DNA from: Candidatus Latescibacterota bacterium
GTDB taxonomy: Bacteria > Latescibacterota > CBDEFO01
DNA length: 30,630 nucleotides
Direction of reading: 5' to 3'
Assembly (NCBI GenBank): GCA_965237525.1
Contig: CBDEFO010000005.1
Coordinates: 1 to 30,630, forward strand
The translations under genes were made by a program, and so were the position numbers. The notes beneath the pieces were generated by a model, which was not told the origin of the DNA, did no database searches, and saw only the letters and a program-made list of their open reading frames with translations. Of the stretch, positions 10,533 through 19,894 are shown piece by piece; position 1 is the stretch's first letter, and every line of letters begins with the position of its first letter.

Positions 10533-11648
10533 ATGAACTCTAAGCAGGCAAAGGCGGTATTGGCGTTGGAAGATGGAACCGTATATGAGGGATATTCGTT
10601 CGGGGCAGCAGGCGAAAGCTCAGGTGAAATTGTGTTCAATACCAGCATGACAGGCTATCAGGAAATTTTGACCGATCCGTCTTACAAGGGACAGATTATC
10701 ACAATGACCTATCCGCTTATTGGCAACTGCGGTGTGAATGAAGAGGATTTCGAGTCGTCGCGCCCTCACGTTGAGGGCTTCATCGTCCGCGAATGCTCCA
10801 GATTCCCCAGCAGTTGGCGCTCCCAAAAGTCACTTCCAGAGTTCCTCAAAGAGTTCGACATCATAGGCATCGAAGGTTTAGATACAAGACAACTTACGCG
10901 CCGTATCCGCATACACGGAGTGATGAACGCCGTCATTTCGACTCTGGACCTTGATCAGGAGAGCATGATAAGAAAGGCGAAAAGCTTCCCGGGTTTGGAA
11001 AAGATCGATCTGGTCAAAGAGGTCACATGCACAGAACCGTACGAGGTGGGTCCGGAAAATCCCCGCTTTCACGTTGTCGCTTTCGACTACGGCATCAAGA
11101 GGAACATACTGAGGAAGTTGGTGGAAAAGGATTGTCGAGTGAGCGTAGTTCCCGCCATCACCACTGCCGAAGGGGCGCTTGCATACGACCCCGATGGCAT
11201 ATTTCTCTCAAACGGACCGGGCGATCCGAGGTCCGTCTCCTACGCCGTAGAGACGTGCAGGGATCTTATCGGAGCCAGACCGATCTTCGGCATCTGTCTT
11301 GGCCATGAGATTCTGGGACTGGCTCTTGGAGCTAAAATCTTCAAGCTCAAGTTCGGACATCGCGGTGCAAACCAGCCCATCAAGGAGATGGACACCGGCC
11401 GCATCCTGATCACCTCCGAAAACCACGGATTCGGAATAGATGGCAGCACACTCCCTGATTCCGTGGAGGCGACCCGGATCAACCTGAACGACGGAGTGGT
11501 CGAGGGTCTGCGGCACAGGGAGTTTCCGGTCTTTTCGATACAGTGCCATCCAGAAGCGTCGCCTGGACCACACGACAGCTTTCACCTCTTTGAGAACTTC
11601 GTGCAGATAATGGAACAGTATAAAAGTAAAGGAAAAATTAAAAAATGA
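10533..11648 (+). CDS. carA: Carbamoyl-phosphate synthase small (glutaminase) subunit
   Basis: Motifs LALEDG, GEIVFNTSMTGYQEILTDPSY, LSNGPGDP, PIFGICLGH, FGHRGANQP and HPEASPGPHD. Start moved to ATG 10533 (GTG 10530 also possible). Confidence 0.97.
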   Translation: MNSKQAKAVLALEDGTVYEGYSFGAAGESSGEIVFNTSMTGYQEILTDPSYKGQIITMTYPLIGNCGVNEEDFESSRPHVEGFIVRECSRFPSSWRSQKSLPEFLKEFDIIGIEGLDTRQLTRRIRIHGVMNAVISTLDLDQESMIRKAKSFPGLEKIDLVKEVTCTEPYEVGPENPRFHVVAFDYGIKRNILRKLVEKDCRVSVVPAITTAEGALAYDPDGIFLSNGPGDPRSVSYAVETCRDLIGARPIFGICLGHEILGLALGAKIFKLKFGHRGANQPIKEMDTGRILITSENHGFGIDGSTLPDSVEATRINLNDGVVEGLRHREFPVFSIQCHPEASPGPHDSFHLFENFVQIMEQYKSKGKIKK

Positions 11649-12094
11649 TAGAGGGCGTAATAAAGACAAGGCTTTCAAGGATAGCAGACGACAGAGGCTT
11701 CTTAACCGAGATACTAAGATGCGATGACCCTCACTTTGTCAAGTTCGGACAGGTCTATGTCACGACAGGCAGAAAAGGTGTGATCAAGGCCTGGCACGCT
11801 CACAGACTTCAGACGGATAACTTCTACGTGATAAAGGGAACCGCCAAAATCGGGCTCCACGACGACAGAGAAGAAAGTCCCACAAAGGGAGAGTATATGC
11901 AGGTAGCTTTGGGAGAAGAGGGCGAGGATGCGCGTTTAACGATCCCTCCTTTCGTCTGGCACGGCTTTATGTCCTTAAGCCAGATGTGCTACGTGCTCAA
12001 CGTGGTCTCCGAGCCATATAATAGAGAAAATCCTGACGAACTTAGAGTCCCGATAGAAGCCTTCGAGGACATCTGGACTATAAAGAACAGGTAG
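11645..12094 (+). CDS. dTDP-4-dehydrorhamnose 3,5-epimerase-like (RmlC) cupin
   Basis: Motifs DDRGFLTE, GVIKAWHAH, DDREESPT and IPPFVWHGF. ATGA overlap with the carA stop. Confidence 0.85.
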   Translation: MIEGVIKTRLSRIADDRGFLTEILRCDDPHFVKFGQVYVTTGRKGVIKAWHAHRLQTDNFYVIKGTAKIGLHDDREESPTKGEYMQVALGEEGEDARLTIPPFVWHGFMSLSQMCYVLNVVSEPYNRENPDELRVPIEAFEDIWTIKNR

Positions 12095-12138
12095 GCAAGT
12101 AGATAAAATACACAGCATCGCCTCTCCGCCTGATTATT

Positions 12139-12187
12139 GGGCGAGGGATCCCCGATAGAGTCATTCGGGGACAGGCCTCGCCCCTAC
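12139..12187 (-). repeat. GTAG-type REP (GTAGGGGCGAGG...CCTCGCCC) with a 21-bp hairpin unit in its loop
   Basis: Arms 12139-12146 and 12176-12183 enclose CCCCGATAGAGTCATTCGGGG at 12150-12170. Confidence 0.7.
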
Positions 12188-12264
12188 CTTCTGTCTAACG
12201 TCTGCCAGATTGCTTGCTTTTCCCGAAAAAGTTCTCCGATATCCCCAATAGGCGGAAGATAGCC

Positions 12265-12506
12265 ATCTTTACCAGATACATAGGGGCAGCTATGCAGCAT
12301 ACCCATTACGAGATTCTTCCGGATGAAGGCAAGTACTGCCCCCGATTGAACCTATCGGGGGGGAGATTCCAGAATGTAGAGGTTTCTGCGCCACTGCGGA
12401 CGGTCTCAAAAGTTGTAGAGAGGGACTTGCAGAAGTGCTCGAAGATTGGATTCTATTTCGAGTGTATAGAAATCTATCCCTACCTTTACTTGCTGGCAAC
12501 AGATGA
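12265..12506 (+). pseudogene. hicB: HicB-family antitoxin pseudogene disrupted by a hairpin insertion
   Basis: IFTRYIGAAMQHTHYEILPDEGKYC (12265-12339) joins GEIPECRGFCATADGLKSCREGLAEVLEDWILFRVYRNLSLP (12360-12506) if 20 bp of the hairpin unit are removed. The start codon position reads ATC. Confidence 0.8.
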
Positions 12507-12610
12507 AAGTACAGTTATTATAGTTTAGTATCCACTGCTTCCTCCTTCGTTCGATTTACCCACTTATAATCTTATTGTTTAATAGAATAAGCTAATTTTA
12601 GGAGCAAGAG

Positions 12611-13540
12611 ATGTCTGAACAGAATCTAAGAGGAGTATTTGCCATCCCTGTAACTCCTTTCACGGAAGATGGTCAACTCGATATTGAATCTTTGGATACA
12701 TGTGTGGATTTTTGCCTTGACCACGGATCACATGGAATTGTTATGCCGGTAAATGCAAGTGAGATTTCGACATTGACTGACCAGGAATGGGAGAGAGTTA
12801 TTAGTGCAGGAATCTCGAGAGTTAACAGCAGAGTTCCATTTGTTGCCGGTATAAGTGGAAATTCGTTAGAGCATTCTGTTGAGAGGGCAAGAAAAGCTCA
12901 GGACTTTGGTGCTGGATCTTTGATGGCTATGCCTCCCGGAACAGAAGCGAACAGGGAAAATATTAAGCGATTCTATGAAGAAGTAGCTGATTCAGTTCAG
13001 ATACCAATATGGATTCAAAATAATAAGCCCCCTAAAATGGTTTCAATACCGACAGACGTGTGTATTGATCTATTAAGAAATGTTCCTAATATAAAGTGTT
13101 TAAAGGAGGAAAGTGAATATCCCGGTCATGTAATGAGTAAAGTATTAGAAGAAGCAGGGGAATTCTGTAAATCCATAATGGGAGGTTTGGGAGGAAGATT
13201 TCTCTTGGATGAATTTAGAAGAGGGTCTGCTGGAACGATGCCGGCAGGGCATTACACTGACCTTCAAGTGAAAATATGGAAGTCACTAGAAAAAGGCAAG
13301 AGAAACGATGATGGTACTAGAGAAATCACAAGAGAAGCCAGATGCTTATGGGAGAAACTATTACCATCGTTAAACTTTGAGTTTGTGTTTGGTGTAACTG
13401 CGTATAAATTAATTTTCTGGAAAAGAGGCGTAATATCATCTCCTGCGACCCGTATTCCTACTCGAAGACCTTTTGACGACAAAGATATGCTTGAACTTGA
13501 TGAGATCATGAAGAATATGCAAGATGTATTGGATTCTTAG
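12611..13540 (+). CDS. Dihydrodipicolinate synthase (DapA)-family class I aldolase/lyase, probably not true DapA
   Basis: Motifs LRGVFAIPVTPF..DGQLD and LMAMPP, with the Schiff-base Lys in IKCLKEES. It lacks the canonical GTTGE (has VNASE) and the catalytic Tyr (IWIQN). Confidence 0.85.
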   Translation: MSEQNLRGVFAIPVTPFTEDGQLDIESLDTCVDFCLDHGSHGIVMPVNASEISTLTDQEWERVISAGISRVNSRVPFVAGISGNSLEHSVERARKAQDFGAGSLMAMPPGTEANRENIKRFYEEVADSVQIPIWIQNNKPPKMVSIPTDVCIDLLRNVPNIKCLKEESEYPGHVMSKVLEEAGEFCKSIMGGLGGRFLLDEFRRGSAGTMPAGHYTDLQVKIWKSLEKGKRNDDGTREITREARCLWEKLLPSLNFEFVFGVTAYKLIFWKRGVISSPATRIPTRRPFDDKDMLELDEIMKNMQDVLDS

Positions 13541-13596
13541 AGCCACTTAATAGTGTTTTTTCACTTCTTCAACATATGCTAAGGAACAAGATGCAC

Positions 13597-13832
13597 CTAG
13601 CCTGATTAATTCATAAACTTGGTGGAGTCATTGCGAGGAGCAAAGCGACGAAGCAATCTCACGGTTTTATACTGGTCTCCTATGAGAGCGGGAGAGTATT
13701 ACATCTACCACAGAATCGAGATTGCTTCGCCTTCGGCTCGCAAGGACACCGAAGGTGGTAAAACAGGATAACTATAATATAATACAATCCCTTAATTAAT
13801 ACACGGCCTTTTTTGTGAATTATTCGGGCTAG
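13597..13832. mobile_element. MITE-like non-autonomous element (236 bp) with 21-bp imperfect terminal inverted repeats
   Basis: CTAGCCTGATTAATTCATAAA (13597-13617) versus TTTGTGAATTATTCGGGCTAG (13812-13832): 18/21 complementary, CTAG at both ends, no ORF. Confidence 0.7.
13627..13747. repeat. Inverted REP pair (REPIN) of the GTCATTGCGA...GAAGCAATC type
   Basis: GTCATTGCGAGGAGCAAAGCGACGAAGCAATCTC (13627-13660) and GAGATTGCTTCGCCTTCGGCTCGCAAGGAC (13718-13747). Confidence 0.8.
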
Positions 13833-13886
13833 GAAGCAGAGTAATGCCCCACTTTAGACTCAAAGGGGATATTGGTAAGAGTGGAA

Positions 13887-13927
13887 CCCCTTTAATTCCC
13901 CCCTTAACAAGGGGGGAATTAAAGGGG
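13887..13927. repeat. Perfect 19-bp-arm hairpin between convergent genes (repeat element and/or bidirectional terminator)
   Basis: CCCCTTTAATTCCCCCCTT-AAC-AAGGGGGGAATTAAAGGGG. Confidence 0.75.
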
Positions 13928-13970
13928 GGTCTACAAGGATGATTGGGAAGGGCTACAACGCTTTGAGTGC

Positions 13971-16900
13971 CTACCTCATACTATACAACTTTCTCTGCTC
14001 CTCGTCCAGCGCTCTCCACGCCAAGAACTGCTTCCTGATGTCATTTAAGAAGGCCCGATTCCCCCTGACCCAATACGACCGATCTCCCGATACCCTGCTT
14101 ATATTTAACCTTATCGCAAAGATGCCGTCGGTATCCGACTCTTCGGTCAAAATCTCCACTTCCTGCCTTACTCCCATGTCGAAAGGAGAGAGCCAGACTG
14201 TAAATCTGAGGTTCAAAATTCCCTGTTCATCAGAAAGGGGACGTTCCGCATCAGGCGGCTGACAGTAGAAGCCCCCACCTATGGAGCGCTCTTCGTGCGC
14301 CTCAAAATATTCTCCCAAGAAGGCCCTCAAGCCCAGAGCATCCCTTCTGCTCAGCGTGAAAGGGAGTTCCGAAGATAGAAAATCCCCAGCGGGTTCGGGC
14401 AATCGCCATCTCCTTTCAATCCCGGGGACGCAGAGTTTAGACGCCATCCTCGCCGGATATATCGCCGATCCTATGACCACTACCATGATCAGGAATATAG
14501 TCGCAACAGTGGAAAGAGAAGAATAGTTCAGCGTCATCCCGGGGAGGAGTCCCAACTCTACTATGACCTTCGCCGCTCCCTGACCGATAATGTACCCGGA
14601 TACACCTCCTAAGACTGCGTACACAGCGGCCTCGGCCACAAATAGCCCGGCTATGTGAACCGGTGCAAGTCCCACAGCGTTAAGTGTCCCTATCTCTTTA
14701 GTCCTCTCATAGACCGCGCCTAACATCGTATTGAAGACGATCAGAGCGGCTATGATTAAGGGAATTAAAAGATTCCTCTCTGCCCTGAAAGACTTCATCC
14801 CTACAGAGTTCACGATATATCTGTCTCCATCTATCCCTGCAAATACGTTCAAGCCCAAAAATGACATCAACTCCTCGAGATCCTCCTCTGGATCATCCTC
14901 ATATACGCCTATTGACCTGAGTGACCCCCTCCCTATGGACATGACGACTTCATACGGCAGGATAACTATCTCAGAGGGAGACGAATGGACGAACGAAAAG
15001 TCCTCGTCCCCCCTTTTTCCTATGCCGACAGATTTGCTGTCTGGCACTTGAGCGTCGGGGTCCAGGGGCGTCAAAGGATACCCGTTCAGATCTTCAATCT
15101 TATCGAATCTGTTCTCGTCTATTACGCCGATGACTCTGAACTCCAACCCCCAGACCTTCAATTTGGAATTTTCCCGGTCGTCTTTCCCGATCCCCAACTT
15201 TGAAGCCGCGCTACTTGGGACAATGCAGGCGTCATTTTCGCCCTCTTTGAACCATCTTCCCCAGATCAATGCCTTCTGGGGATGCGTCGCCCGACTCTCA
15301 GAAGCGGAAAGTCCCAATATACCGCTCACTTTAAAAGTGGTGCGACCACTGTGGTTCTCTCCACTAGCAACTCTCTCCAGGACGACAGTCGAACTCCTCC
15401 CCTGACTCCAGATCCTCCACGCCCGGGGAGCTACGTTTTCGGGTCCGTATCTGTCCCTTAATATGTTCAAGACGGGTCTTTCCAGAGGGGTCCATCCAGG
15501 CATCCTAAAAAGGACACCTTCGTACTCAGACCCTTTAGAAAGGAGCCTCCTGTTGAGCCTCAAAGAGGACTTGATGGAAGTAAACGACACTATGGAAAAG
15601 GTCATCAAAACGATCGTTGAAAGGGTCAAGGCCGTCCGGAGTTTCCTCCTTTTCATATTCGACACGCCCACGATGAACGCCGTAAGGAGAGTCTCAGACC
15701 TTTGGAGATCCGCTCTGTGAGCCGCAAGCCGGGGGGATACCGCCTCTCTTATCTGCCTGTTGAACTTCGCAAATCCAATATACATAACGATCGCAGCAAG
15801 GGCTAACACTACGAAGCCTTCAAGTATAATTACAGGATGCAAAGTAAGCTCGAACGCCGGATGCACGTAACGTAAGATTAAGAAGGTCAGGACAAATACG
15901 AGGAAGAATCCCGCTATTTGGCGTCTTATGTCCACAGATCCAAACAGAAGCCTCTCGCAGAAGTAGGAAAAGGGCAAGACTAAAGCCAAAAAGAAGAGGA
16001 CACCGTGCACTACGTCCCCCATCGTATTCTCCACGTCTGTGTACGCTCTGGAGGCATATCCCCACGCCTTCCTTGCAGAATCGGTGAACCGGTCGTATCT
16101 TTTTCCCTTTAAGTATCCCTCAGACTCTGCTAACAGTTTCTCGACCCCTTTGTGCAGGCCCTCTAAACGAGGATTATGAATCCCGTTTCTCTTGAGCTTC
16201 TTTATCCTGCTCTCGTTCAGTAGAAAGGCGTCTAATGCCGCTTGATAAGATGTATGGGTTATGCGATCTGTGCTTTCAACGTCAAATCCCACACCTTGAG
16301 GATCTTCGGGGTTTGAATTGGTGAGAACCATCCTTCTTCCGAGGCCGTATATCCCCGTCGTCATAGTCATCTTGATCTTTTTGTCTGTCTCAGCGAATAC
16401 CACAGCGCACGGTTCCACGTCCGAGAACAGATTATTCGTATATCCAAAGAGCGACACCTCCCTTGGGGTCAGCGGCAGACAATATCCGAACGAAAGGGCG
16501 TCAGCTTCGGTCTTGGCGTCCAACACCTGAATGTCGTCCAGCGTGAACAGATACCTTTGATCTACCATGTCAAAGAGCGTTATCCCTTTACATCTGAACG
16601 TAACGACAGTCACCCGATCTTTCTTACCCGTCATAAGGACATCTGTCGGATAATCTTTGTAGCCCCTTATTCCCATATCGGGGGCATATACTATATCTCC
16701 CGTCTGCTTATCGACACCATAGGCCTCTATCCTTGTCGGCTTGAGATAGATCGTGCTGTGCTCAACTCCCCTGATCTCGAACTTTCCTGAACTATCCGTA
16801 ATCGCAAAGAGATCCCCTCTTACACCCACAAACGCCTTCGTCCTTAATCTTGCCCTGACGATCGCTCCATCTACGGGCACGTCCGGCAGGTAACTCATCT

Positions 16901-18395
16901 TCTCGAAGCTTGCAACCTCTCCCTCTACGATTCCGAAGGAATCCTCCCTCCTCCTGTCCATCGAAGCCTGCGGATCGTCTACAACTTTGGAGACTACATA
17001 GACTAACAGCTTCATCTGCTCTTTCAGATTATCGTAATTGACACTTTGAGGGAGGTCTAACGGAGTGTCCCACAGACGTCTGGTGTCGTTTATAGTCACA
17101 AAAGTAACCGCAAGTTCCCCAGCAAGGTTTATGGCCTCCCCGTCGTAAGCTATATGAGATGGGACCTTCCCTAAGTTTCCCCTTTCCCGTGAGGACTTAA
17201 TACCGTTGTGCAGCATCACTTTTCCCCCGTTCACCCGCTTCTCATATTCCTCGGCATAGGCTATAACTCTTTCAGGTACAGGGGAATCTGCGTGCGCCGA
17301 CCAGGGAATCCTGTAGACCCATCCTCTCTTGGACATACTTAGGACATCCGACCCGCTGCTCAAGTCCAGGCAAACGTACAGATCTATATTATAACCTTTC
17401 AGAAAAGTTAAGAACCTTTGATCCTCAATATTAAGTCCTTCGGTATCACTCCTTAGAAGAGCTACGAAATCCCTTGCCCCTGCAAGGCATTCGAAATGAC
17501 CCGGAAGAGCCAGAAATATCACCGACCTTTTCGGCTTTGTCTTTGCCAGCAACCGGGCCAGCTCTAACAGACCCGCAATCCCGGATGCCTGATCTGCTCC
17601 CGGCGCAAGGGCTGGGACCGCGGAGATCGAATCGTAGTATCCCTCGATCACTACGGCTCTTTTTCTCAACTCTGGATCGCTTCCTTCAATTATCCCCATA
17701 ACCATCGTCCCCGATTTCAACTCCCAATCCATGCGCCCTTCGAGCTGTACTATTTCTCCTCTTTCGGCTAAGATCAGCAAATACTCCCTATCTTTGCTTG
17801 AAGCGTAGAACCTGGGCAGATCGGCTGGAGTCGTCAAAAACTTATCCTCAGCCTGCTTTCTGTAAGTGTCCAGAGGAGAAAGGAAGACCACAGCTTTTGC
17901 CCCTAACATAAATGCGTTCAGCCAGTCCATCCCAGAGTTGAAATCCAGGAGCACAACGCTCCCCTGCATCTCCTGTCCGTTCAACTCCCGGAGCTCCCCT
18001 TTCCCTCCATATATGATTTTTCCCTCGACGCTGCAAGTAGAAGTCCTCGCCATATTGGGCCATACGGCATATATATCTATCACTCTGCCGTCAGACAAAC
18101 TCTTTATCGTCCCTCCCCTATCCACAGGCACAGGGATCTCGAACGATCTGTGGACAACATCGCCCAGACCTGATTCCTTGAAGCTGTCGTAGATATACAT
18201 TCCCGCCCTTTCGCTTCCCTCATAGCCAGTGACCCTCGACCCTAATCGCGCCATGTCCCCTATGCTCTCCCTTAACCTGCTTTCGTCCACAGAGTACGAG
18301 AGCTTCCAATACTGGTCTTGCCCAGCCACGGATAAAGTGGCAGTCATCAACAATATTAAAAATAGAATTGTGAACGTATTACGCGCGTTTTTCAT
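13971..18395 (-). CDS. Large membrane protein: signal peptide + M28 peptidase-like domain + beta-sandwich + TM bundle + MacB/FtsX-like ABC permease domain
   Basis: N-terminal signal peptide; M28-like YYDS..APGADQASGIAGLLELAR..SVIFLA; carboxypeptidase-regulatory-like PVDGAIV..ITDSSGKFEI; MacB TM1 SNMKRRKLRTALT; FtsX signature NTMLGAVYERTKEIGTLNAVG and AIYPARMASK. Confidence 0.88.
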   Translation of the reverse strand: MKNARNTFTILFLILLMTATLSVAGQDQYWKLSYSVDESRLRESIGDMARLGSRVTGYEGSERAGMYIYDSFKESGLGDVVHRSFEIPVPVDRGGTIKSLSDGRVIDIYAVWPNMARTSTCSVEGKIIYGGKGELRELNGQEMQGSVVLLDFNSGMDWLNAFMLGAKAVVFLSPLDTYRKQAEDKFLTTPADLPRFYASSKDREYLLILAERGEIVQLEGRMDWELKSGTMVMGIIEGSDPELRKRAVVIEGYYDSISAVPALAPGADQASGIAGLLELARLLAKTKPKRSVIFLALPGHFECLAGARDFVALLRSDTEGLNIEDQRFLTFLKGYNIDLYVCLDLSSGSDVLSMSKRGWVYRIPWSAHADSPVPERVIAYAEEYEKRVNGGKVMLHNGIKSSRERGNLGKVPSHIAYDGEAINLAGELAVTFVTINDTRRLWDTPLDLPQSVNYDNLKEQMKLLVYVVSKVVDDPQASMDRRREDSFGIVEGEVASFEKMSYLPDVPVDGAIVRARLRTKAFVGVRGDLFAITDSSGKFEIRGVEHSTIYLKPTRIEAYGVDKQTGDIVYAPDMGIRGYKDYPTDVLMTGKKDRVTVVTFRCKGITLFDMVDQRYLFTLDDIQVLDAKTEADALSFGYCLPLTPREVSLFGYTNNLFSDVEPCAVVFAETDKKIKMTMTTGIYGLGRRMVLTNSNPEDPQGVGFDVESTDRITHTSYQAALDAFLLNESRIKKLKRNGIHNPRLEGLHKGVEKLLAESEGYLKGKRYDRFTDSARKAWGYASRAYTDVENTMGDVVHGVLFFLALVLPFSYFCERLLFGSVDIRRQIAGFFLVFVLTFLILRYVHPAFELTLHPVIILEGFVVLALAAIVMYIGFAKFNRQIREAVSPRLAAHRADLQRSETLLTAFIVGVSNMKRRKLRTALTLSTIVLMTFSIVSFTSIKSSLRLNRRLLSKGSEYEGVLFRMPGWTPLERPVLNILRDRYGPENVAPRAWRIWSQGRSSTVVLERVASGENHSGRTTFKVSGILGLSASESRATHPQKALIWGRWFKEGENDACIVPSSAASKLGIGKDDRENSKLKVWGLEFRVIGVIDENRFDKIEDLNGYPLTPLDPDAQVPDSKSVGIGKRGDEDFSFVHSSPSEIVILPYEVVMSIGRGSLRSIGVYEDDPEEDLEELMSFLGLNVFAGIDGDRYIVNSVGMKSFRAERNLLIPLIIAALIVFNTMLGAVYERTKEIGTLNAVGLAPVHIAGLFVAEAAVYAVLGGVSGYIIGQGAAKVIVELGLLPGMTLNYSSLSTVATIFLIMVVVIGSAIYPARMASKLCVPGIERRWRLPEPAGDFLSSELPFTLSRRDALGLRAFLGEYFEAHEERSIGGGFYCQPPDAERPLSDEQGILNLRFTVWLSPFDMGVRQEVEILTEESDTDGIFAIRLNISRVSGDRSYWVRGNRAFLNDIRKQFLAWRALDEEQRKLYSMR

Positions 18396-18438
18396 GGACT
18401 TAACACAATCGGGGATTATCCTTTTTTTTGTGCTTCAA

Positions 18439-19137
18439 TCACGTAAAGTGAAGATCGACACCATAAAGAATCAATCCTAGCTTCTTCGCTACACTCTGTG
18501 ATACAACGTTGTCCCACGATGTGCTGTAAAGAGGTATTCGGCCAAGTTCGCGGACAGCTATTGCCCAACCAGCAACTACGTTAGTAGCGTACCCTCTACC
18601 TCGATAATCTTCCAGGGTCTCAACCCCGGCCTCGTCTGCCTGTGGGGAAATGCGTACACTGCAACAGAAAGACACTGCTTTTCCACTCTCTACTACAGCT
18701 ATACAAGGCTGACTCAACTCTACCCAGGAATCATAATCTGTAAAGCCAAATCTCAAAAGTTCTGCATTTTCCTTGGTAACTCTCACAGCGTTTGTAGGAC
18801 ACCTGATATCGTCAGGGAATCGGTATGCTGGTCCCATCCACACCTGCTGAATCTCTGTGTGTGCCTGTAGAACGTTCTTGAAAGCCTCGAAATTGATCGG
18901 GTTCTCCAGAAGGTTAGTAGGGATAGGCTCTGAGGAAAGCAAATCATCCAACTTACTAACCACGTCTTCCGGCAGATCATACCGGAAACGCCAAATGCTT
19001 CCCTTTTTAGTTCGTCCCAAGAAGAATCGTGGTGCAGGAGACCTTTCAGGTTCGTTGACGTATTGGAGCCGCCCATTTTCGTCGTGGGTGAAGAGAGCCT
19101 CAACCTGTATTTCCATCAGTCTAAAGTCAGATGTCAA
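18439..19137 (-). CDS. GNAT-family N-acetyltransferase
   Basis: Acetyl-CoA motif EAGVETLEDYRGRGYA and YSTSWDNVVSQSVAKKLG. TTG 19137 follows AGGAGG. Confidence 0.88.
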   Translation of the reverse strand: MTSDFRLMEIQVEALFTHDENGRLQYVNEPERSPAPRFFLGRTKKGSIWRFRYDLPEDVVSKLDDLLSSEPIPTNLLENPINFEAFKNVLQAHTEIQQVWMGPAYRFPDDIRCPTNAVRVTKENAELLRFGFTDYDSWVELSQPCIAVVESGKAVSFCCSVRISPQADEAGVETLEDYRGRGYATNVVAGWAIAVRELGRIPLYSTSWDNVVSQSVAKKLGLILYGVDLHFT

Positions 19138-19250
19138 TGTAATTGCCCTCCTATACAATAGACTGTCTATGAAGGCGGAACCAGGATAACCCTGCCCTTA
19201 AATTGTCAACGTTCGACCTTTTGAGGCCCCCTAAGACAGCGGAAGATCTG

Positions 19251-19529
19251 TCATAGACTTTTAAGCTTCCTTTCAATGTATCTCCTGTGAACGACAGTAA
19301 TAGCTACAATAGTTTGAGAATCTATCCTATACAGAATTCTGTAATCTCCCACTCTCAGACGGTAAAGAGCAGGATCGAACCCCTTCAGCTTCTTTATCCT
19401 AGTTCCAAAAGGATAGGGATCATCGGCAAGGGCTTTAATCGCCTGCAATACTCTCATCCGGATCTGGGCATCAATAGCTTGTAGGTCGTTTTCCACCGGC
19501 CTTGCTATCTTAACTTGAAAGCTCGGCAA
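19251..19529 (-). CDS. RelE/ParE-family type II toxin
   Basis: 92-aa basic protein with LADDPYP..IKKLKG..LYRLRVGDYRILYRI...VVHRR; overlaps the upstream antitoxin. Confidence 0.92.
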   Translation of the reverse strand: MPSFQVKIARPVENDLQAIDAQIRMRVLQAIKALADDPYPFGTRIKKLKGFDPALYRLRVGDYRILYRIDSQTIVAITVVHRRYIERKLKSL

Positions 19530-19788
19530 TTTCCTTCTCCGTCTGCCTTATCATATCCTCGATGTCAATCCCACCATTTTCCCGATAGACTTTATAGTCT
19601 GACTCCACTTTTGCCCTTATTTCCGGGTGATTTTCCAGAATATAATCCTCAAGCTCATCCTCCCGCAGATTCCTCAGAATCGCCTTTGGCTTTCCCCTGT
19701 AAGTTATGACTATCTCCTCACCTTTGTCCGTCTGACGTAGAATCTCAGATATCTTAGCCTTCAACTCCCTGACATTTACAAATCTCAC
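19510..19788 (-). CDS. Phd/YefM-family antitoxin
   Basis: VNVRELKAKISEIL...GEEIVITYRGKPKAIL with an acidic C-terminus. GTG start after AAGGAG. Confidence 0.92.
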   Translation of the reverse strand: MRFVNVRELKAKISEILRQTDKGEEIVITYRGKPKAILRNLREDELEDYILENHPEIRAKVESDYKVYRENGGIDIEDMIRQTEKEIAELSS

Positions 19789-19808
19789 CTTGCGTCTCCT
19801 TTCATTTA

Positions 19809-19828
19809 GTGACTACATTAGTGGTCAC
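19809..19828. promoter_or_regulatory. Putative autoregulatory operator of the TA operon
   Basis: Inverted repeat GTGACTAC-ATTA-GTGGTCAC (7/8) about 20 bp upstream of the antitoxin start. A possible TTGTAG-N17-TAAATT promoter lies just upstream on the minus strand. Confidence 0.55.
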
Positions 19829-19894
19829 ACAAAATTTAATACAAAATCCATCCCTCTACAACAAATTTAAGAGCCGAACGCCTAAGCAATACAG

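Noticed and set aside
8760..13930. Short repeats considered as a CRISPR array
   Set aside because: They are dispersed palindromes without regular repeat-spacer periodicity, and no cas genes are present.
19183..19209. TTGACA...TATCCT promoter for the GNAT gene
   Set aside because: The spacer is only 15 bp, too short to support a call.
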